NCBI GenBank assembly: GCA_018335675.1 | Contig: JAGXRQ010000019.1 | Span: 7,006 to 71,005, forward strand | Direction of reading: 5' to 3' | Source: Bacteroidota bacterium | GTDB lineage: Bacteria > Bacteroidota > Bacteroidia > Bacteroidales > UBA7960 | DNA: 64,000 bases | Shown here: in pieces, positions 52,292 to 60,736 of the stretch | Layout: the number at the start of each line of letters is the position of its first letter | How positions within the stretch are numbered: the first letter of the stretch is position 1 | Translations under genes and position numbers: made by a program | The notes under the pieces: model-generated | Databases searched by the model: none | The model's input: the letters and a program-made list of their open reading frames with translations, nothing else | What the model was told of the DNA's origin: nothing

Positions 52292-52520
52292 GGTTGTCGT
52301 TTTTATTTAGTTAAGAGTTTTATTATTTGATCCATGTATTTTTTGAAACTATTATTTGCATTGATTATTGTGTTTGGTTTACATTCGCGAAAATCTTTTC
52401 ATATATAATTTATTTTCTTTTTTCTTATGATTTCCAATTACCAACCTAACTCCCATCTGTTGTATCTTAAACAAAATTTTGCTTTTTAAAATAATCATAT
52501 CAAATATAAAGGGTTTTTTA

Positions 52521-52631
52521 ATTGGAACACGGATAACGCGGATTTAATGGATTTTCACTGATTATTGCATCAGTTTCCTCTGCGGTTTTTGCGAAATCCT
52601 TTGCGTGGAATTTTTTTAAACCACAAAGACC
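52521..52631. repeat. Copy D, direct repeat of 50001-50120
   Basis: Same shared blocks as copy B, with an internal deletion of about 8 nt. Confidence 0.85.
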
Positions 52632-52999
52632 ACTAAGAATGCACAAAGCACACAAAGAAAAACTTAGTGCCCTTTGTGAAAACCTTTGTGAACTTAGTGG
52701 TTAAAAAACAAATATCATTCTTCACAATCCTGTCAATCGTTCATCCACTGGATATCTCGCTAACGCTCGATATGACGGTTTCCCAATCCATACAATCTTT
52801 TTCACCCCCCAGCCCCCTAAAGGGGGAGCTGCAAACATTTGTGCAATCTCACACCCCTCACCTCAAACCTCAAACCTCAAACCTCAAACCTCAAACCCAA
52901 TACTACTCTATTACCAGCAACATAGTTCATAATATCCACATTAACACATTGGCATATTTGCACATTGGCACATTTTCTTCAATCTTAAAAATCTTAAAA
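52619..52999. repeat. Repeat mosaic upstream of guaA
   Basis: CAC(A/T)AAG x4 / CTT(A/T)GTG x4 fold-back, GATATCTCGCTAACGCTCGATATGAC, CAATC units, CCCCCTAAAGGGGG core, (CCTCAAA)x5 at 52861-52895 and CACATTGG octamers. Confidence 0.8.
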
Positions 53000-53027
53000 C
53001 ATTTTTCGAAAAATTATCTCATATCAT

Positions 53028-53035
53028 TATCTTTG
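53028..53035 (+). promoter_or_regulatory. -7 element TATCTTTG 4 nt upstream of the guaA ATG
   Basis: TATCTTTG-CAGC-ATG. Confidence 0.6.
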
Positions 53036-53039
53036 CAGC

Positions 53040-54569
53040 ATGCATGAGATGATATTAATTTTAGATTTCGGCTCTCAATATACTCAATTGATTGCCAGAC
53101 GTGTAAGGGAACTCAACGTGTATTGTGAGATACATCCTTACCATTATAAACCTTCGAACTTCGACAATATTAAAGGTGTTATTCTTTCGGGTAGCCCTTT
53201 TAGTACCAGAGAAAAAGACTCTCCAAGACCTGATCTTTCGGGCATTGTTGGGAAAATTCCTTTGCTTGGTGTATGCTATGGTGCTCAGCTACTTGCGCTT
53301 GAAAATGGTGGCGATGTTGAAGCTTCTGCTACTAGAGAATACGGTAGGGCAAACCTTTGTTTTGTCGATTCAAAGGAAGATCTTCTTGTCGGAGTTTCTC
53401 AAAACTCTCAGGTATGGATGTCGCACGGCGATACTATTACAAAGTTGCCCGCTTCTTACAAAAAGATTGCAAGCACCGCCGATGTCGATATTGCTGCTTT
53501 TCGCGCTAATGGAGATAATGTTTATGGATTGCAATTTCATCCGGAAGTGTACCATTCTACAGACGGTTTTATTTTATTGAGAAATTTTATTGTCGATATC
53601 TGTGGTTGCGAACAAAGCTGGACTCCTGAATCATTTATTGAAAGCACCGTTGAAAATCTTAAGCAAAAGATCGGAAATGATAAGGTTGTTTTAGGTTTGT
53701 CGGGTGGCGTCGATTCAAGTGTAGCGGCTGTTTTGTTGCATAAAGCTATTGGAACTCAACTGCATTGTATTTTTGTGGATAATGGCTTGTTGAGAAAAAA
53801 TGAATTTGAATCTGTACTGGATTCTTATCTGCATATGGGATTGAATGTAAAAGGAGTGAGGGCTGCAGATAATTTTTATAACGCTTTAAAAGGTTTGACA
53901 GACCCCGAGCTGAAAAGAAAAGCTATAGGGAAAGCTTTTATAGAGGTGTTCGATGAAGAAGCTCATAAAATTCAGGATGTTGTTTGGCTTGCTCAAGGAA
54001 CTATTTATCCTGATGTTATTGAGTCTGTTTCTGTTAAAGGCCCCTCTGCTACTATCAAATCTCATCATAATGTTGGCGGATTGCCTGATTTTATGAAGCT
54101 TAAAATAGTTGAACCTCTAAGTAGTTTATTCAAAGACGAGGTTAGAAGGGTAGGAAGTGCTCTGCATATTAGCGATCACTTGCTAAAGCGTCATCCATTT
54201 CCCGGTCCAGGACTAGGAATTAGAATTCTGGGAGATATTACTCCTGATAAAGTTAGAATTCTTCAGGACGTGGATGATATTTTTATAAAAGGATTGCGTG
54301 ATAGTGGCTTGTATGATAAGGTTTGGCAAGCTGCTGCAATATTGTTGCCGGTGCAGTCAGTCGGTGTTATGGGCGATGAAAGAACATACGAAAATGCAGT
54401 ATGCTTAAGAGCTGTGACCTCAACCGATGGAATGACAGCAGATTGGTCGCATTTGCCATACGAATTTTTGGCAAAAGTTTCAAATGATATAATAAATAAG
54501 GTAAAAGGCGTTAATAGAGTAGTATATGATATAAGTTCTAAACCGCCGGCAACGATAGAGTGGGAGTAG
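53040..54569 (+). CDS. guaA: GMP synthase (glutamine-hydrolysing)
   Basis: [45 protein letters not shown] and KPPATIEWE. Confidence 0.98.
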   Translation: MHEMILILDFGSQYTQLIARRVRELNVYCEIHPYHYKPSNFDNIKGVILSGSPFSTREKDSPRPDLSGIVGKIPLLGVCYGAQLLALENGGDVEASATREYGRANLCFVDSKEDLLVGVSQNSQVWMSHGDTITKLPASYKKIASTADVDIAAFRANGDNVYGLQFHPEVYHSTDGFILLRNFIVDICGCEQSWTPESFIESTVENLKQKIGNDKVVLGLSGGVDSSVAAVLLHKAIGTQLHCIFVDNGLLRKNEFESVLDSYLHMGLNVKGVRAADNFYNALKGLTDPELKRKAIGKAFIEVFDEEAHKIQDVVWLAQGTIYPDVIESVSVKGPSATIKSHHNVGGLPDFMKLKIVEPLSSLFKDEVRRVGSALHISDHLLKRHPFPGPGLGIRILGDITPDKVRILQDVDDIFIKGLRDSGLYDKVWQAAAILLPVQSVGVMGDERTYENAVCLRAVTSTDGMTADWSHLPYEFLAKVSNDIINKVKGVNRVVYDISSKPPATIEWE

Positions 54570-54653
54570 GTGTCAGGTGTCAGGTGTCAGGTATAAGGTA
54601 TAAGGTATAAGGTAAGATTCTTCCCGATACCTGATACCTGATACCCGATACCC
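54569..54653 (+). repeat. Inverted heptamer arrays after guaA, probable hairpin
   Basis: (GGTGTCA)x3 (GGTATAA)x3, then (CC[C/T]GATA)x4. Confidence 0.8.
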
Positions 54654-54698
54654 AAAATAATTCGAGTATTAATTATTGTTTTTGAAAAAAAATCTGTT

Positions 54699-56747
54699 TT
54701 GATTAAAAAGCTAAATATTCTGGTTTTGTTTGCGGTTGTGCTTTCCCTAAATGCTTTTGGGATGCAGGACCCTGTTATCGTTAATCGTTCTGCTACTATT
54801 CAGATGGTTGATGGAAAAGAATTTTATTTCCATGCTGTATTGCCCGGACAAACTCTTTATTCAATTTCTCGCGCATATGGGGTTTCTCAGGACGATATTA
54901 TAAAGGAAAATCCGGAACTTAGATATGGTCTTAAATCTAATCAGCTTATCAAAATTCCTGTTGTTAAAACTGCAGCAACTGCTACACCTGTTACAAAACC
55001 GCCGAAAAAGGATGTTGAATATCTCGAGCATATTGTTAAGAGAAGAGAGACTTTATACGGAATTGCCCGGCAATATAGTGTTTCTCAGGAGCTTATTCTT
55101 GAGCATAATCCTGATGCACGAAGGGGGTTGCAGGTTAATCAGGTTCTGAAAATTCCGGTTATAAAAGAGGAGGAGCTTTCTGAAGAAGATTTTTCGTTTC
55201 ATTATGTAGCTGCCGGTGATACTCCATACGGTTTATCAAGGTTGTACAATTTGCCTCTAGATACTCTTGCTAGATATAATGAGGGTATTCTTGAAGGCAT
55301 TAGAGTTGGACAAAGAATTGCAATTCCAAAGTATAAATATATTCAAAAACCTGATGAAGCTTCTGTTATTGGTGAAAGTATTTTGGAACAGGAATATAAA
55401 AAAGATGACCTCCCCGATTCTTACGATGTTGAATATTGCAGCAACCCTGTTTTAAAGAAGCATTATAATGTTGCCCTGATGATTCCTCTGTATCTTGAAA
55501 AACTTACCGAGCAGTATCTTAGTGGAGGCAGAATACCGCAGAATCACCCTTCTTTCGAGTTTATTCAATTTTATGAGGGAATTCTTATAGCATTAGACTC
55601 TGTTCGAAATATGGGAGTTGAAATAACATTGCATGTTTTTGATGTTTGCCAAGATAAAGCTAAGGTTATAAAAGCAATTAATAGCAAGGATTTTAATAAA
55701 ATGGATCTTATAATAGGTCCTTTCTTTGCTGAAGCTATCAAAAGTGTTGTTTATTATGCTGAAAGAAATAATGTTGCAATTATAAGCCCTTTATACACAA
55801 ATGTTGAACAACTAAGTTTTTCAAAAAATGTTATACAAATAACACCTTCATTACAAGTTCAACTTGAAAGTCTTGCCGATTATATCTCAACAACATTCCC
55901 TGACTATAACATTATTCTGGTTCATTCCGACCAGCAGCATGTTATGGCATCAATTATAAAATTTTCTCAGAAGCTTAATGGGAATCTAAACAGAAGGCAA
56001 TTTATTCTCGATAGCATTAATTTGTCGCGCGTAGAACCATATTTCCACAGCAATACTTATGTGGGCGAAAAAACCACCAAGTTTTATCTATTTAATGACT
56101 CTTTGGTTGCTTCTCACGAAAATAAAAGCAGTAATCAAGATTATGCGCTGTCCAATTACATGAACAGAAATAACATCAAAGAGTTTTCTCTTGCCAGAGA
56201 CACTATAGGAGCATTAATTCTTGAGCTTGATTCTTTGAGAAAAAATCTCGTTGTTGGTTTAGTTGGTGGCGATGTTCATGTTTCAAATGTTTTAAGAAAG
56301 CTTCATACATATAAAGATACATTTGATATAACAGTAATAGGAATACCTCAATGGAGAAGTCTTGAAACAGTAGATCTTGATTATATGAATAGTCTTAGAG
56401 TACATCTGTTTGCAAATGATTATGTTGATTATTCTGAGCCAAATATCCAGGATTTTGTTTTGAAATTCCGAGAGACTTTTTATACTGAACCTAAAGGAGA
56501 TGCCTTTTTGGGTGTAAGTATTGGGTATTATTTCTTTAATTCATTAAGGCTTTATGGAAAGGAATTTTATCGTTGCTTTGGCTTGATGAATAGCGAACAA
56601 GTAGCTCAGAGCAATTTTAATTTCCGCCGAACTATGGGAGAAAATGCCGGATGGGAAAATACAAAATCCACTATTCTCAGGTATCAAAGGTATAGAATAG
56701 TGGATCTTCTTAAGCGTGCATCTGAGGCTTCTACCTCAGGTCATTAA
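54699..56747 (+). CDS. LysM peptidoglycan-binding protein with a periplasmic-binding-protein-like domain
   Basis: Three LysM repeats (H.V..G.TLY.I.R.Y), VALMIP, FYEG..IA.D and DLIIGP. Confidence 0.88.
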   Translation: MIKKLNILVLFAVVLSLNAFGMQDPVIVNRSATIQMVDGKEFYFHAVLPGQTLYSISRAYGVSQDDIIKENPELRYGLKSNQLIKIPVVKTAATATPVTKPPKKDVEYLEHIVKRRETLYGIARQYSVSQELILEHNPDARRGLQVNQVLKIPVIKEEELSEEDFSFHYVAAGDTPYGLSRLYNLPLDTLARYNEGILEGIRVGQRIAIPKYKYIQKPDEASVIGESILEQEYKKDDLPDSYDVEYCSNPVLKKHYNVALMIPLYLEKLTEQYLSGGRIPQNHPSFEFIQFYEGILIALDSVRNMGVEITLHVFDVCQDKAKVIKAINSKDFNKMDLIIGPFFAEAIKSVVYYAERNNVAIISPLYTNVEQLSFSKNVIQITPSLQVQLESLADYISTTFPDYNIILVHSDQQHVMASIIKFSQKLNGNLNRRQFILDSINLSRVEPYFHSNTYVGEKTTKFYLFNDSLVASHENKSSNQDYALSNYMNRNNIKEFSLARDTIGALILELDSLRKNLVVGLVGGDVHVSNVLRKLHTYKDTFDITVIGIPQWRSLETVDLDYMNSLRVHLFANDYVDYSEPNIQDFVLKFRETFYTEPKGDAFLGVSIGYYFFNSLRLYGKEFYRCFGLMNSEQVAQSNFNFRRTMGENAGWENTKSTILRYQRYRIVDLLKRASEASTSGH

Positions 56748-57384
56748 TAAATGCATCAGGAAATTTATTTTTATCAAAAACAAACTTACCGGCAGGAATA
56801 GTTGGGTTGATTTGAACGTTATTCAGGTTGTAAGTGAAAGTTCCTCCATGTCTGTCATATGCAATGGAATAAACTATCATCTGATCTTTTGCATCAAGAG
56901 CAATCCTGTATTTGTAGAAAGCTTGAGATACCTTTGGCACAAGGTCTATTATATCAACTTTTTTTCCTTTATAAGTTTCTTGTTTGATAAATGTTGCTTT
57001 AAAATGCTCTTCGAAGTCATTTAATATTGCAGTAGGAGTGAGTCCGCCTTCTGCATCAGCTGCATTGCTTATCTGAACTTCTTCCAAGTCATCAATATAA
57101 TTCCAGATAGTAGTGCCGTCGGAAATAAAAACATTATCGCCAACTTCCATATAGTACTTCTGGCCTTGAGAAAAAATAACGCCACTCATTTTTTCATTTA
57201 TTTCCATGGTCTTATTTTCCATTTCATAAGTAAAATCAATTTTAAGTGATTTGTATGCGCGAATTTTTGAACTTGCAGTATTTACAAGCTCTGTGCCTTT
57301 TTTCTCAAATTCTGTTTGATGTCCTTGCGAGAAAGAATTATTAGTTATAATTAATGCTGCAATAATAATTAGGATTTTTTTCAT
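56731..57384 (-). CDS. lolA: Outer-membrane lipoprotein carrier protein LolA
   Basis: Signal peptide, G.KY, SDGTTIWNY....EVQI and F.FDK.K.P...INDLR. Downstream of ftsK. Confidence 0.82.
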   Translation of the reverse strand: MKKILIIIAALIITNNSFSQGHQTEFEKKGTELVNTASSKIRAYKSLKIDFTYEMENKTMEINEKMSGVIFSQGQKYYMEVGDNVFISDGTTIWNYIDDLEEVQISNAADAEGGLTPTAILNDFEEHFKATFIKQETYKGKKVDIIDLVPKVSQAFYKYRIALDAKDQMIVYSIAYDRHGGTFTYNLNNVQINPTIPAGKFVFDKNKFPDAFINDLR

Positions 57385-57395
57385 AATAGGTAGTT

Positions 57396-59924
57396 TTAAT
57401 CGTTTCTTCTCAAAATCTGTTCCAATGTCATTTCATCCTTAATTCTAACCTCTCTTGCTTTGCTTCCTTCAAACGGACCAACTATTCCTGCCGCTTCAAG
57501 TTGGTCAATCAGTCTTCCTGCGCGATTATATCCAAGTTTAAGTTTCCTTTGAAGTAGTGAAGTGCTTCCTTGCTGTGTTGCCACGATTATTCTAGCTGCT
57601 TCTTCAAAAAGGTCATCTCTATCGCCATCATCAACATTTTCGAAATCATCAGTTTCGTCGTCACAAGCCGGTAGCTCAAAAGCATTAGGATATGCTTTTT
57701 GCGAACCAATAAATTCTGTTATATTGTCTATCTCGGGTGTATCAATAAACGCACATTGCAATCTTATAATGTCGCTTCCTGTAGATAGAAGCATATCACC
57801 TCTTCCGATTAGCTGATCTGCACCTCCTGTGTCAAGAATAGTTCTTGAGTCGATTTTCGAAGTTACTCTGAATGCAATTCTTGCAGGGAAGTTAGCTTTA
57901 ATTGTGCCGGTAATAATGTTTACAGATGGTCTTTGTGTTGCAATAATAAGATGTATGCCTATAGCTCTTGCCAGCTGAGCAAGTCTGGTAATAGGAAGTT
58001 CTACTTCTTTTCCTGCTGTCATTATAAGGTCGGCAAATTCATCAATAAACAAAATGATATAAGGCAGATATTTGTGTCCGTGGTTTGGATTAAGCTTTCT
58101 GGAAATGAATTTCGCATTGTATTCCTGGATATTTCTAACCTGAGCATCTTTAAGCAGGTCATATCTTGAATTCATCTCAATTGTAAGAGAATTCAATGTT
58201 CTAACAACTTTTCGTGTGTCGGTAATAATAGCCTCTTCAGAATCCGGAAGTTTTGCCAGATAATGACGTTCTATCTTTGAGAACAAAGTAAGTTCAACCT
58301 TCTTAGGGTCAACAAGAACAAATTTAACTTCTGCAGGATGTTTTTTGTATAAAATTGAAGCAAGAACTGCATTTAATCCAACAGATTTACCTTGTCCTGT
58401 TGCACCTGCCATCAGAAGGTGAGGCATTTTAACCAGGTCGGCAATGTAAATTTCATTTGCAATTGTTTTTCCTAGTCCTATAGGAAGTTCGAATGTCGAT
58501 TTCTGGAATTTCTCACTACTCAAAACCGACCTCATGCTAACAATTTCAGGCTTACTGTTAGGTACTTCAATGCCTATGGTTCCTTTGCCCGGAATTGGTG
58601 CAATAATTCTTATCCCAAGAGCAGATAAACTAAGTGCAATATCGTTTTCCAGATTTTTTATCTTGGATATTCTAACGCCTGGAGCAGGAATTATCTCGTA
58701 AAGGGTTACTGTTGGGCCAACGGTTGCTCTGATTTTATCTATCTGAATAGAGTAATTATTCAATGTTTCAAGAATCCTGTTTTTGTTGGCTTCTAGTTCA
58801 GGTTTATTAATTTCAATCGTATTACTTCCATATTCCTTTAAAAGACTAATAGGAGGTATTTGATAGTCTCTCAAATCTTCCTTTGGGTCGTATGGTCCTT
58901 GTTTTGCAAGTAGAGCAGCACTATCAATAGCGTCACTCGAAGGGTCTGCTATTTCCTGATAGTTATTGCCTCTGATTTTCCCGTCACTGACCTCAATTTC
59001 AAGTTCGGGATTATTGTATTCGGGCTCTATTTTCTCTTCTTCATTACTTACATTAACTTCAAAGTCGACATCGTTTTCATTTTCTTTTTTATCAAGTAAG
59101 CTTTTTATAATATCCTCTTCGCTCTGAATATTTTCTTCATCATCAAAATTAATGTCATTACTCTCGCTTTCTTCCTTGTCTATATCGTCGATTTCAGTAT
59201 TAATAACATTTTCAAGGTTGTTTTCATTTTCTAATTCTTCCGGTAAAGGTTTAGGTTTAATAAATAAACCTATAATTTTCATAACAAAATTCATTATAGC
59301 ACCATAACTCCAATTGAATGCTATAATTAGCGCACTTGCCATTGTAAACAATAGTATCAGAAATGTACCTACTTTACCAAATATACCATCTATCCAGATA
59401 TTGCTTTGATAACCAAAAGTGCCAGAAAGTATAATTAAGTCACCTGTTCTAAATAAGAATCCAAAAGCAACAGATATCCAAAGAAGCCCAAATATGCTAT
59501 AATTTACCGTTTTTAAAACAGGTAGAATAGATTTTCTAATTAGCAGCTTGATGCCCAATACAAAAGATACAAGTACGAAAAGATATGAAGCTAAACCAAA
59601 CCAATTTTTTATAAAAAGCTTAGCTGTTACATGCCCAAGTCGACCCATCATATTTTCCACAACTAATTCTTTGTCAAATAGCAAATCGCTAAATGATCTT
59701 TCCGCGCTGTCGTCGTATTTCCAATTGAAAAAATAGCTGTTGAATGACAAGAAAAGATAAAAAGAGACCACAACAAGTAAAGTTCCGCATATTTTACGGA
59801 ACCTACCATCTTGAAAGAAACCATTAAGGTTTTTTAGAGAAAACTCATTACCTGACAGGTCTGTTTTCGGCTCTTTCTTTGATTTGAATGTATTTGATTT
59901 GAATTTATTGTTTTTGTCTGACAT
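57396..59924 (-). CDS. ftsK: DNA translocase FtsK
   Basis: N-terminal TMs, GPTVTLYE, PHLLMAGATGQGKS, IDEFADL, ATQRPS and gamma domain SLLQRKLKLGYNRAGR. Confidence 0.97.
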   Translation of the reverse strand: MSDKNNKFKSNTFKSKKEPKTDLSGNEFSLKNLNGFFQDGRFRKICGTLLVVVSFYLFLSFNSYFFNWKYDDSAERSFSDLLFDKELVVENMMGRLGHVTAKLFIKNWFGLASYLFVLVSFVLGIKLLIRKSILPVLKTVNYSIFGLLWISVAFGFLFRTGDLIILSGTFGYQSNIWIDGIFGKVGTFLILLFTMASALIIAFNWSYGAIMNFVMKIIGLFIKPKPLPEELENENNLENVINTEIDDIDKEESESNDINFDDEENIQSEEDIIKSLLDKKENENDVDFEVNVSNEEEKIEPEYNNPELEIEVSDGKIRGNNYQEIADPSSDAIDSAALLAKQGPYDPKEDLRDYQIPPISLLKEYGSNTIEINKPELEANKNRILETLNNYSIQIDKIRATVGPTVTLYEIIPAPGVRISKIKNLENDIALSLSALGIRIIAPIPGKGTIGIEVPNSKPEIVSMRSVLSSEKFQKSTFELPIGLGKTIANEIYIADLVKMPHLLMAGATGQGKSVGLNAVLASILYKKHPAEVKFVLVDPKKVELTLFSKIERHYLAKLPDSEEAIITDTRKVVRTLNSLTIEMNSRYDLLKDAQVRNIQEYNAKFISRKLNPNHGHKYLPYIILFIDEFADLIMTAGKEVELPITRLAQLARAIGIHLIIATQRPSVNIITGTIKANFPARIAFRVTSKIDSRTILDTGGADQLIGRGDMLLSTGSDIIRLQCAFIDTPEIDNITEFIGSQKAYPNAFELPACDDETDDFENVDDGDRDDLFEEAARIIVATQQGSTSLLQRKLKLGYNRAGRLIDQLEAAGIVGPFEGSKAREVRIKDEMTLEQILRRND

Positions 59925-59943
59925 AAATAGTTACCCGGTTATC

Positions 59944-60624
59944 TTATTCTAATTTTTTTCTTAGCTCCTCGTATGTAGTTTTCTGATAACCTTTAGGGAT
60001 TTTGAAAGATTTCTTTTTTGTTCCTTTTTTCCTTTTTCTGATGCTTTCAGCTTCAAACTTCATATTAAGGTCACCGCTTTTTAGCTCATATTGAAGCATT
60101 AGCCCCGGTATTTCCTTGTAAGGTAGGTCGAAATTAAAAGGAAACCCTGTTATGTCATTTGTGAAATATATGTATGATATTGTTTCCTCTCCAAAGTCGT
60201 CGAATATAATAGCCTTAACCTCCTGACAAACGTATCCCAGAATTTCACGTGTTTGACCTGTAAATTCAAACTGTGGTTCAGGCATTTTTTTCATATCAAG
60301 AGCAATATCAGTTTTTGATTTGATAATGTGATATTTTTTCCCCAATATTTCGAGTAAAATATGCAATGATTCTTCTTCAGCATTGGAGATTTGGGTTTGA
60401 ATAAGGTCTCCGCCACGCATGTCTTTTCTAACAAGGTTGCCGTTTGCTTTAACCTCCATAGTTGTAGGCAATGCATCTTGTGTAGCGTAGTCAATCCTAC
60501 TTCCAGGATATGAAATTTTATATTGAACAACGCCTCTGAATCCACTTTTAGAACAGGATGAGAATATTATTAAGACGAGAGCTACAAGTAAAAATCTTTT
60601 GTATAATTGCTTTTTGTGTGTCAT
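59944..60624 (-). CDS. Hypothetical lipoprotein (GLPGLI/DUF4412-like)
   Basis: Lipobox FSSC, TGQTREILGYVC, IPGLML.YE and F.IP.GY. Confidence 0.6.
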   Translation of the reverse strand: MTHKKQLYKRFLLVALVLIIFSSCSKSGFRGVVQYKISYPGSRIDYATQDALPTTMEVKANGNLVRKDMRGGDLIQTQISNAEEESLHILLEILGKKYHIIKSKTDIALDMKKMPEPQFEFTGQTREILGYVCQEVKAIIFDDFGEETISYIYFTNDITGFPFNFDLPYKEIPGLMLQYELKSGDLNMKFEAESIRKRKKGTKKKSFKIPKGYQKTTYEELRKKLE

Positions 60625-60736
60625 AGTTATATATGTTATGGAGCATTATATAAATAAACTAGCTTCAAAAGTAGTAAAATAATTGAATAGTTTGAAGTTA
60701 AAGAATTAAGATTATTTCTTAGTTCTAAGTCTCGGT

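Noticed and set aside
52379-52498. 39-codon minus-strand ORF (MIILKSKILFK...) after a TATATTTG element
   Set aside because: It is short and AT-rich with no recognisable motif, so I cannot support it as a gene.
49752-52631. Possible CRISPR array
   Set aside because: The repeats are degenerate, spacing is irregular (about 250-1950 bp), they enclose whole genes, and no cas genes are present.
52667-53047. 126-aa ORF upstream of guaA
   Set aside because: It translates the repeat mosaic (LKPQTSNLKPQT comes from CCTCAAA) and runs over the guaA promoter.
54540-54700. Genomic island integrated at the guaA 3' end, a known hotspot
   Set aside because: guaA is followed directly by its usual LysM neighbour, with no integrase or duplicated att site.
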